Shown here piece by piece: positions 27,665-37,894 of a stretch of DNA of 64,000 nucleotides (positions are counted from its first letter, which is position 1; the number at the start of each line of letters is the position of its first letter). The notes under the pieces were generated by a model, which saw nothing but the letters and a program-made list of their open reading frames with translations, ran no database searches and was not told the origin of the DNA. A program made the translations under genes and the position numbers. This DNA is from Verrucomicrobiaceae bacterium (GTDB taxonomy: Bacteria; Verrucomicrobiota; Verrucomicrobiia; Verrucomicrobiales; Akkermansiaceae): contig JBPOGH010000002.1 in assembly GCA_051252135.1 (NCBI GenBank), positions 256,001 through 320,000 on the forward strand, given 5' to 3'.

Positions 27665-28300
27665 TCACTCCTTGGGGAGAAGGGGGCGGACTTTTTCCGC
27701 GATCAGGGAGGCGATGATTTTGTTTCCGGCGGGGCTGGGGTGGACGCCATCGCGGTGCATCCAGGTGGGTTCCTTGAGAAGGAGTTGATTGAGGTCGACG
27801 ACGGGGGCTTCGTTCTTTTTCGCGACTTTTATGGCGGTGTCCCGGTAGTCGGAGAGGAGTTTGGCGAGGCCTGCGGGGCCGTTGTAGTCGGCTTCCTGGT
27901 GCCGGGTGAAGTAGGGCTTGGGATCGATGGGAGGTGGGGTGCAGATGACGATCTGTGCTTTGGCCTTGCGGCAGGCCTTGGCGATGGCGGTCAGGTTTTC
28001 CTCGTACTTCGGGAGGGGGATGTGGGCGCGGTCGCTATCGACGCGGATGTCATTGGTGCCAAAGAAGACGACCACGATATCGGGATGATGATCGAGGACG
28101 TCCTTTTGAATGCGCTTGAGGCCCTGGAGGGAATTGTGGCCGGCGACGCCGGAGCTGATGACTTCGGTTCCGGTGAGTTCGGCGAGGAGTGCGGGGTAGC
28201 CGCGCTTGGTGATGCTATCGCCGAAGCAGACGATCTTCGTTTTTTCGGCGAGAGCGGCGGTTGCGGTGAGGCAAAGGATGAGGAGGGTCTTGAAGGGCAT
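27665..28300 (-). CDS. SGNH/GDSL esterase, secreted
   Basis: GDSIT, GVAG, GTND, DGVHP. Confidence 0.92.
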   Translation of the reverse strand: MPFKTLLILCLTATAALAEKTKIVCFGDSITKRGYPALLAELTGTEVISSGVAGHNSLQGLKRIQKDVLDHHPDIVVVFFGTNDIRVDSDRAHIPLPKYEENLTAIAKACRKAKAQIVICTPPPIDPKPYFTRHQEADYNGPAGLAKLLSDYRDTAIKVAKKNEAPVVDLNQLLLKEPTWMHRDGVHPSPAGNKIIASLIAEKVRPLLPKE

Positions 28301-28360
28301 CTATTGGGGGACGGTTTAGGGTGATCCGGCCTCGAGCATCAATGCCGGGAACGATGTCTG

Positions 28361-30481
28361 TCAGTTCCTGGTGACGCGATAGAAGATCTTGGGAGAGTTT
28401 GCGGGATTGAGTGAATCCTCGTAGGTGATGAAGCCATCGGTGGAGCTCGCCTGGTCGTTCAGTTCGATCCAGTCTTCGAGATCGTAGGATGCTTCGATCT
28501 TGTAGGTTGCGCCCGCATCGGCGGGGAAGGTGATGCTGGCTTTGCCATTTTCCCCAATGACGATGTTTGTAATTTCGAGAGGGGAGCTGACGAGGACCTG
28601 GAGCGGTGTGGCACCGGCAGCGAGAGAGGTGATCTGCTCTTGATCAAGGGCCCGGCTAAAGACGGCAAACTCATCGATGAGGCCACCGAAGCTTTGAGAT
28701 TCATTTGAACCATTTCCGCCGATGCGGATGCCGCCATCGATGTTTGAAAGAGGGCCGCTGTCGATTGATGATCCCTGGAGGACGCCGTCGATGTAGATTT
28801 CCTTTTCTCCGTTGGCTTTCTTTTGGAAGACAAAGTGCTGCCATTGTTTTTCGACCAAGAGGCTCGTGGAGGCTCCGGGAATGGTGAGGCGGTTGTAGGT
28901 TGCGGAGCCATCGGCGCTATCGAAGTAGATTGTGCCATCGGACCAGGGGATGTGGGCCTGGAAACCACGGGCCCCGGTGAACCAGAAGCTTGATGTCTGA
29001 ACGCCGAAGACATCGATATACTGCCAGAGGCTGACCGCCATGGCGTTGTTGATTTCGGCTTGAGCGAGATGATCGCCCAGGGGAACGAAGGCGTAGGCGG
29101 AGTCCCTTGCGGGTCCGAGGTTGAGGGCGAGATCACCGGGGTTTCCGGAATGGCCTCCTGCGTCCGCGGAGAAGGCGGCGGTGTTGACGAAGCCTGCGGC
29201 TGGCGCGTTTCCGCTCACATCAGGAGCTGACAGGGCGGTGGAGTTGTCATCGAAGTCCCAGTATCCAAGGAGTTCTAGGTTCTCACTAATGGGGGTGTCG
29301 TTGGGGTCGTTTGGATCCGAGCCCTTAATGACTTCCAGATAGTCATTGATGGTATCGGAATCCGTATCAACGAGGAACGGGCTGGAGCCTGTTTGGGTGA
29401 GATCGAGGAATGGCTTGGTGGGGTCTTCCACGCCGTCCTTCAATCCGTCCCCGTCGGTATCGGGATTGAGAGGGTTTGTGCCGCTATCGGTTTCTGCTGA
29501 AACGAAGGTGCCGGAGTTTGATTCGATGTTGTCGGGCAAGCCGTCATCATCGGTATCAGGCTTGACGGGTGAGGTGAGCAGAACGCTTTCTTCGAGGTTG
29601 GTGAGGGTGTCGTTGTCAAAATCGTCGCCGGGGAGGACGTCTGCGATGCTGGTGATGGCGTCGTTTTCATCGGCGTCGATAATCAATTGCTCGTATTCAT
29701 CGTCCATGCCGTCGGAGTCGGAATCTGAGTTATTAGCGACTTCAACAGGAGTCTGACCGGCGATGAGGTCGGCAATTTGCTCCGGTGAAAGGGCGTCGGC
29801 GTAAATGGCGAAGTCATCGATCCGCCCGCCGAATCCCTGTGAGCCATCAGCGGCGCGCGCTCCGATGAAGAAGTCGGTGGCCAATTGGGGGACGGCATTG
29901 GCTCCGGAGGGGGTCTCGGCAACGAGGACTCCATCGACCCAAATCTGTTTGTTGCCGTCGGCAACCTGCATGACAAAGTGGTGCCAGCTGTCGAGCAAGC
30001 CTGCCGGGGCGTCGACCTGGAGGCGTGCGGGTCCACTCGTGCCATTGTTGTCGAGGTAGAGGATGCCGTTTGACCATGGAGTGTGTGCCTGGAAGCCGCG
30101 AACCGGGGAGGCCGCGGTATTGAGAACCGAGAAGGTGGTTGATCCGGTGTTGCCGCCGGCACCATCTCCGATGTCGTATTGCCAGAAGCTCACGGCCATG
30201 GCATTACGGGTGGTTGCCAGGGAGAGGTCGATTCCGCTGATGAGGGCGTAAGCGCCATTATTGAAAGCTCCGACATCGAGTGAATAGTCACCGGCTTGTC
30301 CGCTGGCGCCATCGGCATCTGCGGAAATGACGGCTCCGCCTTCGAGGGTGGCGTCGTTCCCGTTCGGGGATTGGTCTGCTGTTTGGTTGTCGAAATTGTG
30401 ATAGGAGAGGAGCTCGAGTGAATAGAGCGGAGCGGTGGATGCCATGGAGATGGCAAGGGGCAGGAGGTAGGAGAGTTTCAT
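28361..30481 (-). CDS. Secreted protein with two LamG domains and TSP3-like Ca-binding repeats
   Basis: Two LamG units (WHHFV/WQHFV ... GxIDxFAxY/F) that share GFQAHxPWS; DSDSDG, DTDDDG, DTDGDG repeats; C-terminal FYRV domain. Confidence 0.85.
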   Translation of the reverse strand: MKLSYLLPLAISMASTAPLYSLELLSYHNFDNQTADQSPNGNDATLEGGAVISADADGASGQAGDYSLDVGAFNNGAYALISGIDLSLATTRNAMAVSFWQYDIGDGAGGNTGSTTFSVLNTAASPVRGFQAHTPWSNGILYLDNNGTSGPARLQVDAPAGLLDSWHHFVMQVADGNKQIWVDGVLVAETPSGANAVPQLATDFFIGARAADGSQGFGGRIDDFAIYADALSPEQIADLIAGQTPVEVANNSDSDSDGMDDEYEQLIIDADENDAITSIADVLPGDDFDNDTLTNLEESVLLTSPVKPDTDDDGLPDNIESNSGTFVSAETDSGTNPLNPDTDGDGLKDGVEDPTKPFLDLTQTGSSPFLVDTDSDTINDYLEVIKGSDPNDPNDTPISENLELLGYWDFDDNSTALSAPDVSGNAPAAGFVNTAAFSADAGGHSGNPGDLALNLGPARDSAYAFVPLGDHLAQAEINNAMAVSLWQYIDVFGVQTSSFWFTGARGFQAHIPWSDGTIYFDSADGSATYNRLTIPGASTSLLVEKQWQHFVFQKKANGEKEIYIDGVLQGSSIDSGPLSNIDGGIRIGGNGSNESQSFGGLIDEFAVFSRALDQEQITSLAAGATPLQVLVSSPLEITNIVIGENGKASITFPADAGATYKIEASYDLEDWIELNDQASSTDGFITYEDSLNPANSPKIFYRVTRN

Positions 30482-30583
30482 AAAGTCTTTTTCTAGATGT
30501 ACTTAAGTGCGCAGCTTAGGTGTTGAATCCCAGAGTGGCAATTTCTAATCTGGAACTTGTCTGATAGCTTGGGGAGGTGGCTG

Positions 30584-32638
30584 CTATTGGTGGCCGGGTT
30601 TTTTGTAGAATTCGACGGCGTCGGCGATGACGTAGCCGTCGGCTCCTTCATCGGAGATGACGACTTTTCCGGTGGTGCCTTTTTTGAAGGGGTAGACGCC
30701 GAGGGTGATGAGGGGGGCGGTTTGGGCTTTGCGCTGGTTGACTTTGAGGGTCTTGCTGCCGCCGTGGTAGTGGATGGTGACGGTGGCGTTGGTGGCGCGA
30801 TTCGGGTTGGGGGTGTAAGCGACGCGGACTTGGTAGGCTCCCTCTTCGGGGAGGTCGGGGATGTATTCGGCGCGTTGGGCGGGACCTTTTGAGGGTCCGC
30901 CGTTGTGGCGGTAGCCGGTGCCGATGTAGCCGGGGGTGGAGTGGCTGCGATGAGTGAAGCCGGTGAATTGGGCGTCGGTGTCATCGACGACAATGCCTTT
31001 GAGCTTGGAGACGGGAATGGGCGCTTTTTTGGCGGGGCGTGCGTAGTCGAGGACTTGCTTGTCGGCGAGGAGGCGGGCTTCGAGCTGGGCGGGATCGATG
31101 TCTTGCACGGAGACTTTTTGATCAATGGCCTGGCAGGCTCCGGTGGCGGCGGATTGGCCGAGGACCATGAAGACGGGTTCCATGCGGATGGAGCCGAAGG
31201 CGATGTGGGAGGCGGAGAGGGCGGCGGGGACGAGGAGGTTTTGGCACTCTTCTTTTTTGGGCCGGATGGAGCGGTAGGAGATTTGGTAGGGGCCGCCGGG
31301 GGAGACCTGGACGTCGCCTTCGTTTCGGGCGAAGCCGTTTTCATCGACGTAGCGCTGCACGTGGTGGGAGTCCATGTTGTAGGAGCCCATGCCGACGGAC
31401 ATGGGGGTTTGGCGGGTGCGGAAGCAGTCGGCTTCGGTCTGGACGTAGTCGCTGACCATGCGGCGGGCTTCGCGGACGTAGATTTGGTGCGGCCAGTTTC
31501 CGTTGTCGGTGAACTCGTCTTTGGCGAGGCCCCATTTGCTGATGTTGTCCTGGAGGTCCTTGGGGACGCGGGGGTCGTTGCAGAGGAACCAGAAGAGGCC
31601 TTTTTGGTAGGTTTCGTGTTCCTTGATGATGGCTTCGCGCGTGGCGTAATCGCCATCGGGGTAGGCGTAGTTCATGCCGATGTTATCGGTGGAAAAGCCG
31701 CCGTGATTGTTGGTGTCGGTCTTGCGATTGGGCATGGGTTTGTGGTTGCCCCAGACGTTGCGCCAACCTTTTAGGATGTAGCGGAGGTAGAGTTCGTAGC
31801 GGAGGGGGTCGTATCCTTCGGGCTTGGGAAAGGCGACGCGGTTGGCGGGGTCGTCGGTGAGGCACATGCGGAAGCAGTAGGCCTGGATGCGGTGGTCGCC
31901 GGCGCCTTCTTCGCCTGGGCCTTCGGCCTGCACGCCGGGGAGGAGGCCGCTTTTGGGGTCGCCGGGGGTGATGTAGGGGTCGACGTTGTGATCGAGTTGG
32001 TGGGAGCGGGCGTTGCGGGTTTGGACGCCGTTGAGGGTTTCATCGTATTTTGAATTGGGCTCGCGGCCGACGGTGTAGGTGACGCCGGCCTTGGCCATGA
32101 GGTCGCCCTCATAGGTGCCATCGATGAAGATTTTTCCGCGGTAGGCGTCGCCGGATTCCATGCGGATTTCGGTGATGTTGGGGCCTTCTTTGGTGACGCC
32201 GTTTTTGAGATCGAGGCGTTGGCCGTGGACGACCTGGACTTTGGCCTCGGCGAGCATGGCGCGGAGGGTGTCCTCGGCGATGCGGGGCTCGAAGCGCCAG
32301 ATGGCGTCGTCGGATTTCTTGTAGTAGGCGTAGTCGGCAGCTTGTTGTTGTCGCCACGCGTCGGGTTGGTGGTAGTGCTGCTGGAGGCGCTGGTAGAATT
32401 CGCGTGAGATGCCGCCGATGACTTCGCGCTTGCCGGAGTCCGTCATGCCGAGGCCGCCGGAGGTGAGGCCGCCGACGTGTGATGAGGGCTCGATGAGGAT
32501 GACGCTTTTTCCCATGCGGGAGGTCTGGATGGCGGCGGCGACGCCGGCGGAGGTGCCGCCGTAGACGATGACATCGCGCTCGATGTGAGACGCGTGGGCG
32601 AGGATGGGGATGAGAAGGAGGGAGAGCGCTTTGAGCAT
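30584..32638 (-). CDS. FAD-dependent oxidoreductase with C-terminal xanthan-lyase/golvesin-like CBM
   Basis: VYGGTSAG, GGLTSGGLG, IDGTYEGD, YVREARRM, SIRMEPVFM; C-terminal IVVDD...NRATNA...VIADAV. Confidence 0.85.
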   Translation of the reverse strand: MLKALSLLLIPILAHASHIERDVIVYGGTSAGVAAAIQTSRMGKSVILIEPSSHVGGLTSGGLGMTDSGKREVIGGISREFYQRLQQHYHQPDAWRQQQAADYAYYKKSDDAIWRFEPRIAEDTLRAMLAEAKVQVVHGQRLDLKNGVTKEGPNITEIRMESGDAYRGKIFIDGTYEGDLMAKAGVTYTVGREPNSKYDETLNGVQTRNARSHQLDHNVDPYITPGDPKSGLLPGVQAEGPGEEGAGDHRIQAYCFRMCLTDDPANRVAFPKPEGYDPLRYELYLRYILKGWRNVWGNHKPMPNRKTDTNNHGGFSTDNIGMNYAYPDGDYATREAIIKEHETYQKGLFWFLCNDPRVPKDLQDNISKWGLAKDEFTDNGNWPHQIYVREARRMVSDYVQTEADCFRTRQTPMSVGMGSYNMDSHHVQRYVDENGFARNEGDVQVSPGGPYQISYRSIRPKKEECQNLLVPAALSASHIAFGSIRMEPVFMVLGQSAATGACQAIDQKVSVQDIDPAQLEARLLADKQVLDYARPAKKAPIPVSKLKGIVVDDTDAQFTGFTHRSHSTPGYIGTGYRHNGGPSKGPAQRAEYIPDLPEEGAYQVRVAYTPNPNRATNATVTIHYHGGSKTLKVNQRKAQTAPLITLGVYPFKKGTTGKVVISDEGADGYVIADAVEFYKKPGHQ

Positions 32639-32683
32639 GACTTGGTGAGAGAGATACCTTGATAGAGGCACAAACTTTTCAAG

Positions 32684-33205
32684 TTATGGGCTCCAGCGGA
32701 CGGCAGCTCCGAGGGCGATGAGGGCGCCGCGGCGGTGGGTTTTGAGGAGGGAGGCGGGCATGGGGGAGTCTGGGCCCTCGAGGGGGAGGCGGATGAGGAG
32801 GGCTTCCTGGCCGTCCCAGCTGTAGAGTTTGAGGCGGGCGAAGCCGTTTTTTTCATCGTGGAAGAAGACGATGAGGCCGTCGGGGTTTTCGATTTTTTCG
32901 AAGAGGGTTGGGAGTTTTTTGGCGTCCTTGGTGTTGAGGAGGGCGTCGAAGGAGAGGTCGGCTTCCTTTAATTTGAGGATGGTGAGCTTGAGGTTGTGTT
33001 CGTTCCAGGGGAAGGCGTTGCCGATGGCGGCATCGACATAGAGTGCGCGCATGTCTTTTTCGAGGAGCTCGGCGAGGCGGATGCTGGCCTTGGAGCGGGT
33101 GCCGGTGGTGGCATCGAGGAAGGCGAGGTTGACGCCGCGTGATCCGGCGGAGAGCGAGGTGGGGAGGAGGAGGGAGATGATGAGGAGGAGGATGGAGAGG
33201 CGCAT
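32684..33205 (-). CDS. Secreted hypothetical protein
   Basis: Signal peptide; lies between co-oriented genes with short gaps. Confidence 0.65.
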   Translation of the reverse strand: MRLSILLLIISLLLPTSLSAGSRGVNLAFLDATTGTRSKASIRLAELLEKDMRALYVDAAIGNAFPWNEHNLKLTILKLKEADLSFDALLNTKDAKKLPTLFEKIENPDGLIVFFHDEKNGFARLKLYSWDGQEALLIRLPLEGPDSPMPASLLKTHRRGALIALGAAVRWSP

Positions 33206-33223
33206 GGGATTGGTTGGGTTTGC

Positions 33224-34672
<1,449 letters not shown>

Positions 34673-34768
34673 CGTGGTATTCTTTAAAAAATGGCGGGGA
34701 ATGCGAGGATGAAGAACGGAGGTGGACTCGTGAGTTGAGAAGTGGCGGAGGAAGTGTCATCGTCGGGG

Positions 34769-35575
34769 ATGCGATTTGCGGTCCTGAGTCTGTTGATGGG
34801 TGTGTCTCTTTATGGGCAGGAGGTTTTGAGTCAAAAGGCGGTGCATGCGGAGGGGTGCGGGCCGTGTGCTTTGGTGAATCAGCTGCGGATGGGAGGAGCG
34901 GCGGAGCGGGCGGGGTATGAGAAGTTGCCGGGGAAGACGGCGGAGGCGAAGGCGCGGGGGATTATCGGGAAGTATGGGAATCGGGTGTCGCCGACGTATC
35001 GTGACGGTCGTGCGGTGTTTCGCAAATCGGGCGTGACGTGGCAGGACATGCAGCGGCTGGCGAACTGGGTGCGGAGTGATGTGGGCTTGCCGGAGCTGGA
35101 GGAAGCGTATCTGGACCGGAAGAAGGATGAGGGGCTGGACCCGCATCTTAAGAGGATTCACGGGTTGCTGAAGGGGTCGCTGGATGAGGGGGTGATGCCG
35201 ATCATTTCGTTTCGATCGTTTGGGGCATCGTATACGGAGGAGGGAGGCGGGTGGTTGTGGAAGCCGCTCTATGGGCACTTTGTGCTGATGACGGAGATTC
35301 AGGAGGAGTTGGCGGAGGGAGAGAAGGGGTTTCGTTTTCGGTTTGCGGATTCGGCGACGGGGCAGGTGGAGACGGGGTATGCGCATTTATCCGAGGCGCG
35401 GAATTTTACGGCGGTGAAGGGGAGTCAGAAGGATTGGGTGTGGGCTCCGAACCGGCCGTTTTTGGTGGTGACGGCTCCGACCTTGCGGCTGAAGGTGCAG
35501 GATCACGAGTGGTATGCGCGGACGTTTATTACCTTGAATCATGCGGTGTACGCGGAAACGGAGCGGGAGGACTAA
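34769..35575 (+). CDS. Secreted hypothetical protein, possible papain/C39-like cysteine hydrolase
   Basis: Signal peptide; GCGPCAL, GHFVL, FADS in Cys-His-Asp order. Confidence 0.6.
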   Translation: MRFAVLSLLMGVSLYGQEVLSQKAVHAEGCGPCALVNQLRMGGAAERAGYEKLPGKTAEAKARGIIGKYGNRVSPTYRDGRAVFRKSGVTWQDMQRLANWVRSDVGLPELEEAYLDRKKDEGLDPHLKRIHGLLKGSLDEGVMPIISFRSFGASYTEEGGGWLWKPLYGHFVLMTEIQEELAEGEKGFRFRFADSATGQVETGYAHLSEARNFTAVKGSQKDWVWAPNRPFLVVTAPTLRLKVQDHEWYARTFITLNHAVYAETERED

Positions 35576-35608
35576 AGCCTCACCGCTCCGTTGTTTTACC
35601 CGAGTTTG

Positions 35609-36394
35609 TTAGGCGCGCTGGCGGCGCAGGAGGGCGAGGGTTCCTCCAAGAAGTGAGAGGAGGACCGATGATGGTTCGGGCACGGGGGTGCCGACGATTT
35701 GGATGCCGTTGATGATGGAGATGTCGTTATTCGGGAGGAGGACGGCGGGGGTGGAGGCGATGCGGAAGTTGAGATCGTCCATGCCGCTGAACTTGATGTA
35801 GTTCCCGGAGGATGCACCGGTGCCGTTGATGTAGTTCGAGCCGGCGACGGTTCCGAAGGCGGGGGATGATTCAGTGAGCGATTCCGGGAGGAAGCCGGTG
35901 CCGACACTGGTGTAGCTGATCTCGGAAAGGCCGCCCGGGCCGTTGTTGTGAGAGCTGTAGATGTAGACGTCATATGAGGACCAGCCGAGGGAGGCGAGGC
36001 TGGCGATGGTGACATCGACGGTGACAGGGATAGCGGAGGGAGGGGACATGCTGGTGAGGAAGGTGGCGATGCCGCGGCTCATCATTTGATCATCACCGGG
36101 GCCTGGGATGCTGCCACCGACGTATCCGGGAACATCCCAGGACATGGTGGAGTTCCATTGGACGGCTACTCCGGAAACGGTGCCGGCACCGGTGAGGGGG
36201 GAGACCCCTCCGGAGAGGCCGAAGGCAGGTTCCCAAAACTGGGCGGGAACGACTCCGGCGGTATCGGAGGAGACCATGGGTGGGGTGGAGCTGGTGCCCA
36301 TGAAATCGACCGAGACGGTAGTGGCCGAGGCCATGCCGGTGAGGGAGAGAGTGAGGGCGGTGAGTTTGCAGGTGGTGAACGCAATAGTTTTCAT
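35609..36394 (-). CDS. PEP-CTERM sorting domain protein
   Basis: Signal peptide; Ser/Thr/Gly-rich; ends VPEPSSVLLSLLGGTLALLRRQRA. Confidence 0.92.
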   Translation of the reverse strand: MKTIAFTTCKLTALTLSLTGMASATTVSVDFMGTSSTPPMVSSDTAGVVPAQFWEPAFGLSGGVSPLTGAGTVSGVAVQWNSTMSWDVPGYVGGSIPGPGDDQMMSRGIATFLTSMSPPSAIPVTVDVTIASLASLGWSSYDVYIYSSHNNGPGGLSEISYTSVGTGFLPESLTESSPAFGTVAGSNYINGTGASSGNYIKFSGMDDLNFRIASTPAVLLPNNDISIINGIQIVGTPVPEPSSVLLSLLGGTLALLRRQRA

Positions 36395-36570
36395 TTTTTG
36401 GATGGATTTAGGTTGTGGGGATTTCCCCTTCACCTGCTCCATCGCGAGGGATGAAAACGAATGTCAGATTTAGTGGATTTTTTTTGAGGCGTTGGGCGAA
36501 AATGGTTAGAGATTCAAAATGATTAAGTTTTCTTGATTATCCGAAATCAGTTTTTTAGCATTTCTATGCT

Positions 36571-37839
36571 TTGAATATTTCCGGCCTTCCCCAGCAAGTT
36601 GTCGTTCTTTCGTTCGGCCTTATTTCGTCATCAGTTCTTTCCGCGCAGACCCTGCGATCGAGTGATGATTTTTTTAGCGAGGGATTTTTCCTGGATACGA
36701 ATCTGGAGTATTCGAAGCATATGCTCTCGTTGCAGCGCGGGGTGACGGACAAGTCGATCCATCTGTTGGAATCGCTGCGGGATGGGAAGCTGGAGACGGG
36801 TAAGGTTTATTTGTCGGGTCACGGGTCGTATTCGCATTACGAGGAGCGGACCGATACGGCGGGTAAGTTTCCGATTCTGGGGCGTTTTCCGGAGCAGCAT
36901 AATGCCACAAGAACGTCGGGGAGTGAGGATGTGATCGATATTTTGAGCATGTCGCTGACGTATGCGCCATCGCCCTGGGTGGCGGTGTATGTGAACGGGA
37001 TTTATACGGACATTGAGTTTCCGCGGCAGGAGGAGGCGCAGATTCGGGAAGGATTTGTGACGATTGGTAATTTGCAGGAGAGTCCGTTCTATGCGGCGGC
37101 GGGTAAGAAGACGGTCAACTTTGGCAGGATGGACGCTTACAATCCGACGACGCACACGGTGACGAATCACTTTTACCGGACGGACATGAGGGACATGGTG
37201 CTGGAGTTGGGCTATGTGTCCGATGACTGGCATTTTACGATTTCGGCGATGGAGGGCGGGCGGCAGTTGCGGGTGGCGGACTCGACGAACGACGACTTTT
37301 TGGGGAATTTTGCGCTCACGGCGCAGCGGAATTTTGAGTGCGGCGACTGGGATATCTCGGTGGGTGCGGGTTACTTGAATAGTTCGATTTACGATAGTGA
37401 TTCGGCAAACCATCCGGGGGTTGCACCGGACCCGTTGACGATGCGTCACCGGAACGGGGTTTACGATGTGTGGGTGGAAGCGAAGAACGGGCCTTGGTCT
37501 TTCCTTGCCGAGTATACCAAGACCGAGCGGGCGTGGCCGGCGACGGGGCGGGCGGTGGAGGCGATCAGCTTGCAGGCGGCGTATGATACGACGATCTGGG
37601 ATCGCCCGACGAGGCTATCGGCATCCTGGGGACGGGGTGAGCAGGGGCGTGCGACCGATCCCTATTACGAGCTGACGCAGCTGGCGGTGGGTGCGGAGAT
37701 GTGGGTGACGCCGAACTTTTCGATGAGCGCGGAGTATGTCTACAACACGGGGTTTGTTCCGTTGATCATGATTTCGCGGGCGTCTGATCCGGGGGTTGAT
37801 ACCGGGACGTTGATTTTGAGCGGGAGGGTGTTTTTCTAA
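36571..37839 (+). CDS. Outer-membrane porin-like beta-barrel
   Basis: Amphipathic strands, EGFVTIGNL..PFY..AGK..V.FG, terminal RVFF. Confidence 0.7.
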   Translation: MNISGLPQQVVVLSFGLISSSVLSAQTLRSSDDFFSEGFFLDTNLEYSKHMLSLQRGVTDKSIHLLESLRDGKLETGKVYLSGHGSYSHYEERTDTAGKFPILGRFPEQHNATRTSGSEDVIDILSMSLTYAPSPWVAVYVNGIYTDIEFPRQEEAQIREGFVTIGNLQESPFYAAAGKKTVNFGRMDAYNPTTHTVTNHFYRTDMRDMVLELGYVSDDWHFTISAMEGGRQLRVADSTNDDFLGNFALTAQRNFECGDWDISVGAGYLNSSIYDSDSANHPGVAPDPLTMRHRNGVYDVWVEAKNGPWSFLAEYTKTERAWPATGRAVEAISLQAAYDTTIWDRPTRLSASWGRGEQGRATDPYYELTQLAVGAEMWVTPNFSMSAEYVYNTGFVPLIMISRASDPGVDTGTLILSGRVFF

Positions 37840-37894
37840 GAGGTCGGTTGATCTTTATTGATTGAAGACGGAGAGGAGCGGGTCATCCTGCCGC

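Noticed and set aside
36505..36531. GTTAGA upstream of the porin gene as a fourth ECF promoter
   Set aside because: Spacer is 15 bp and the second element is AGTTTT, not AGTRRT.
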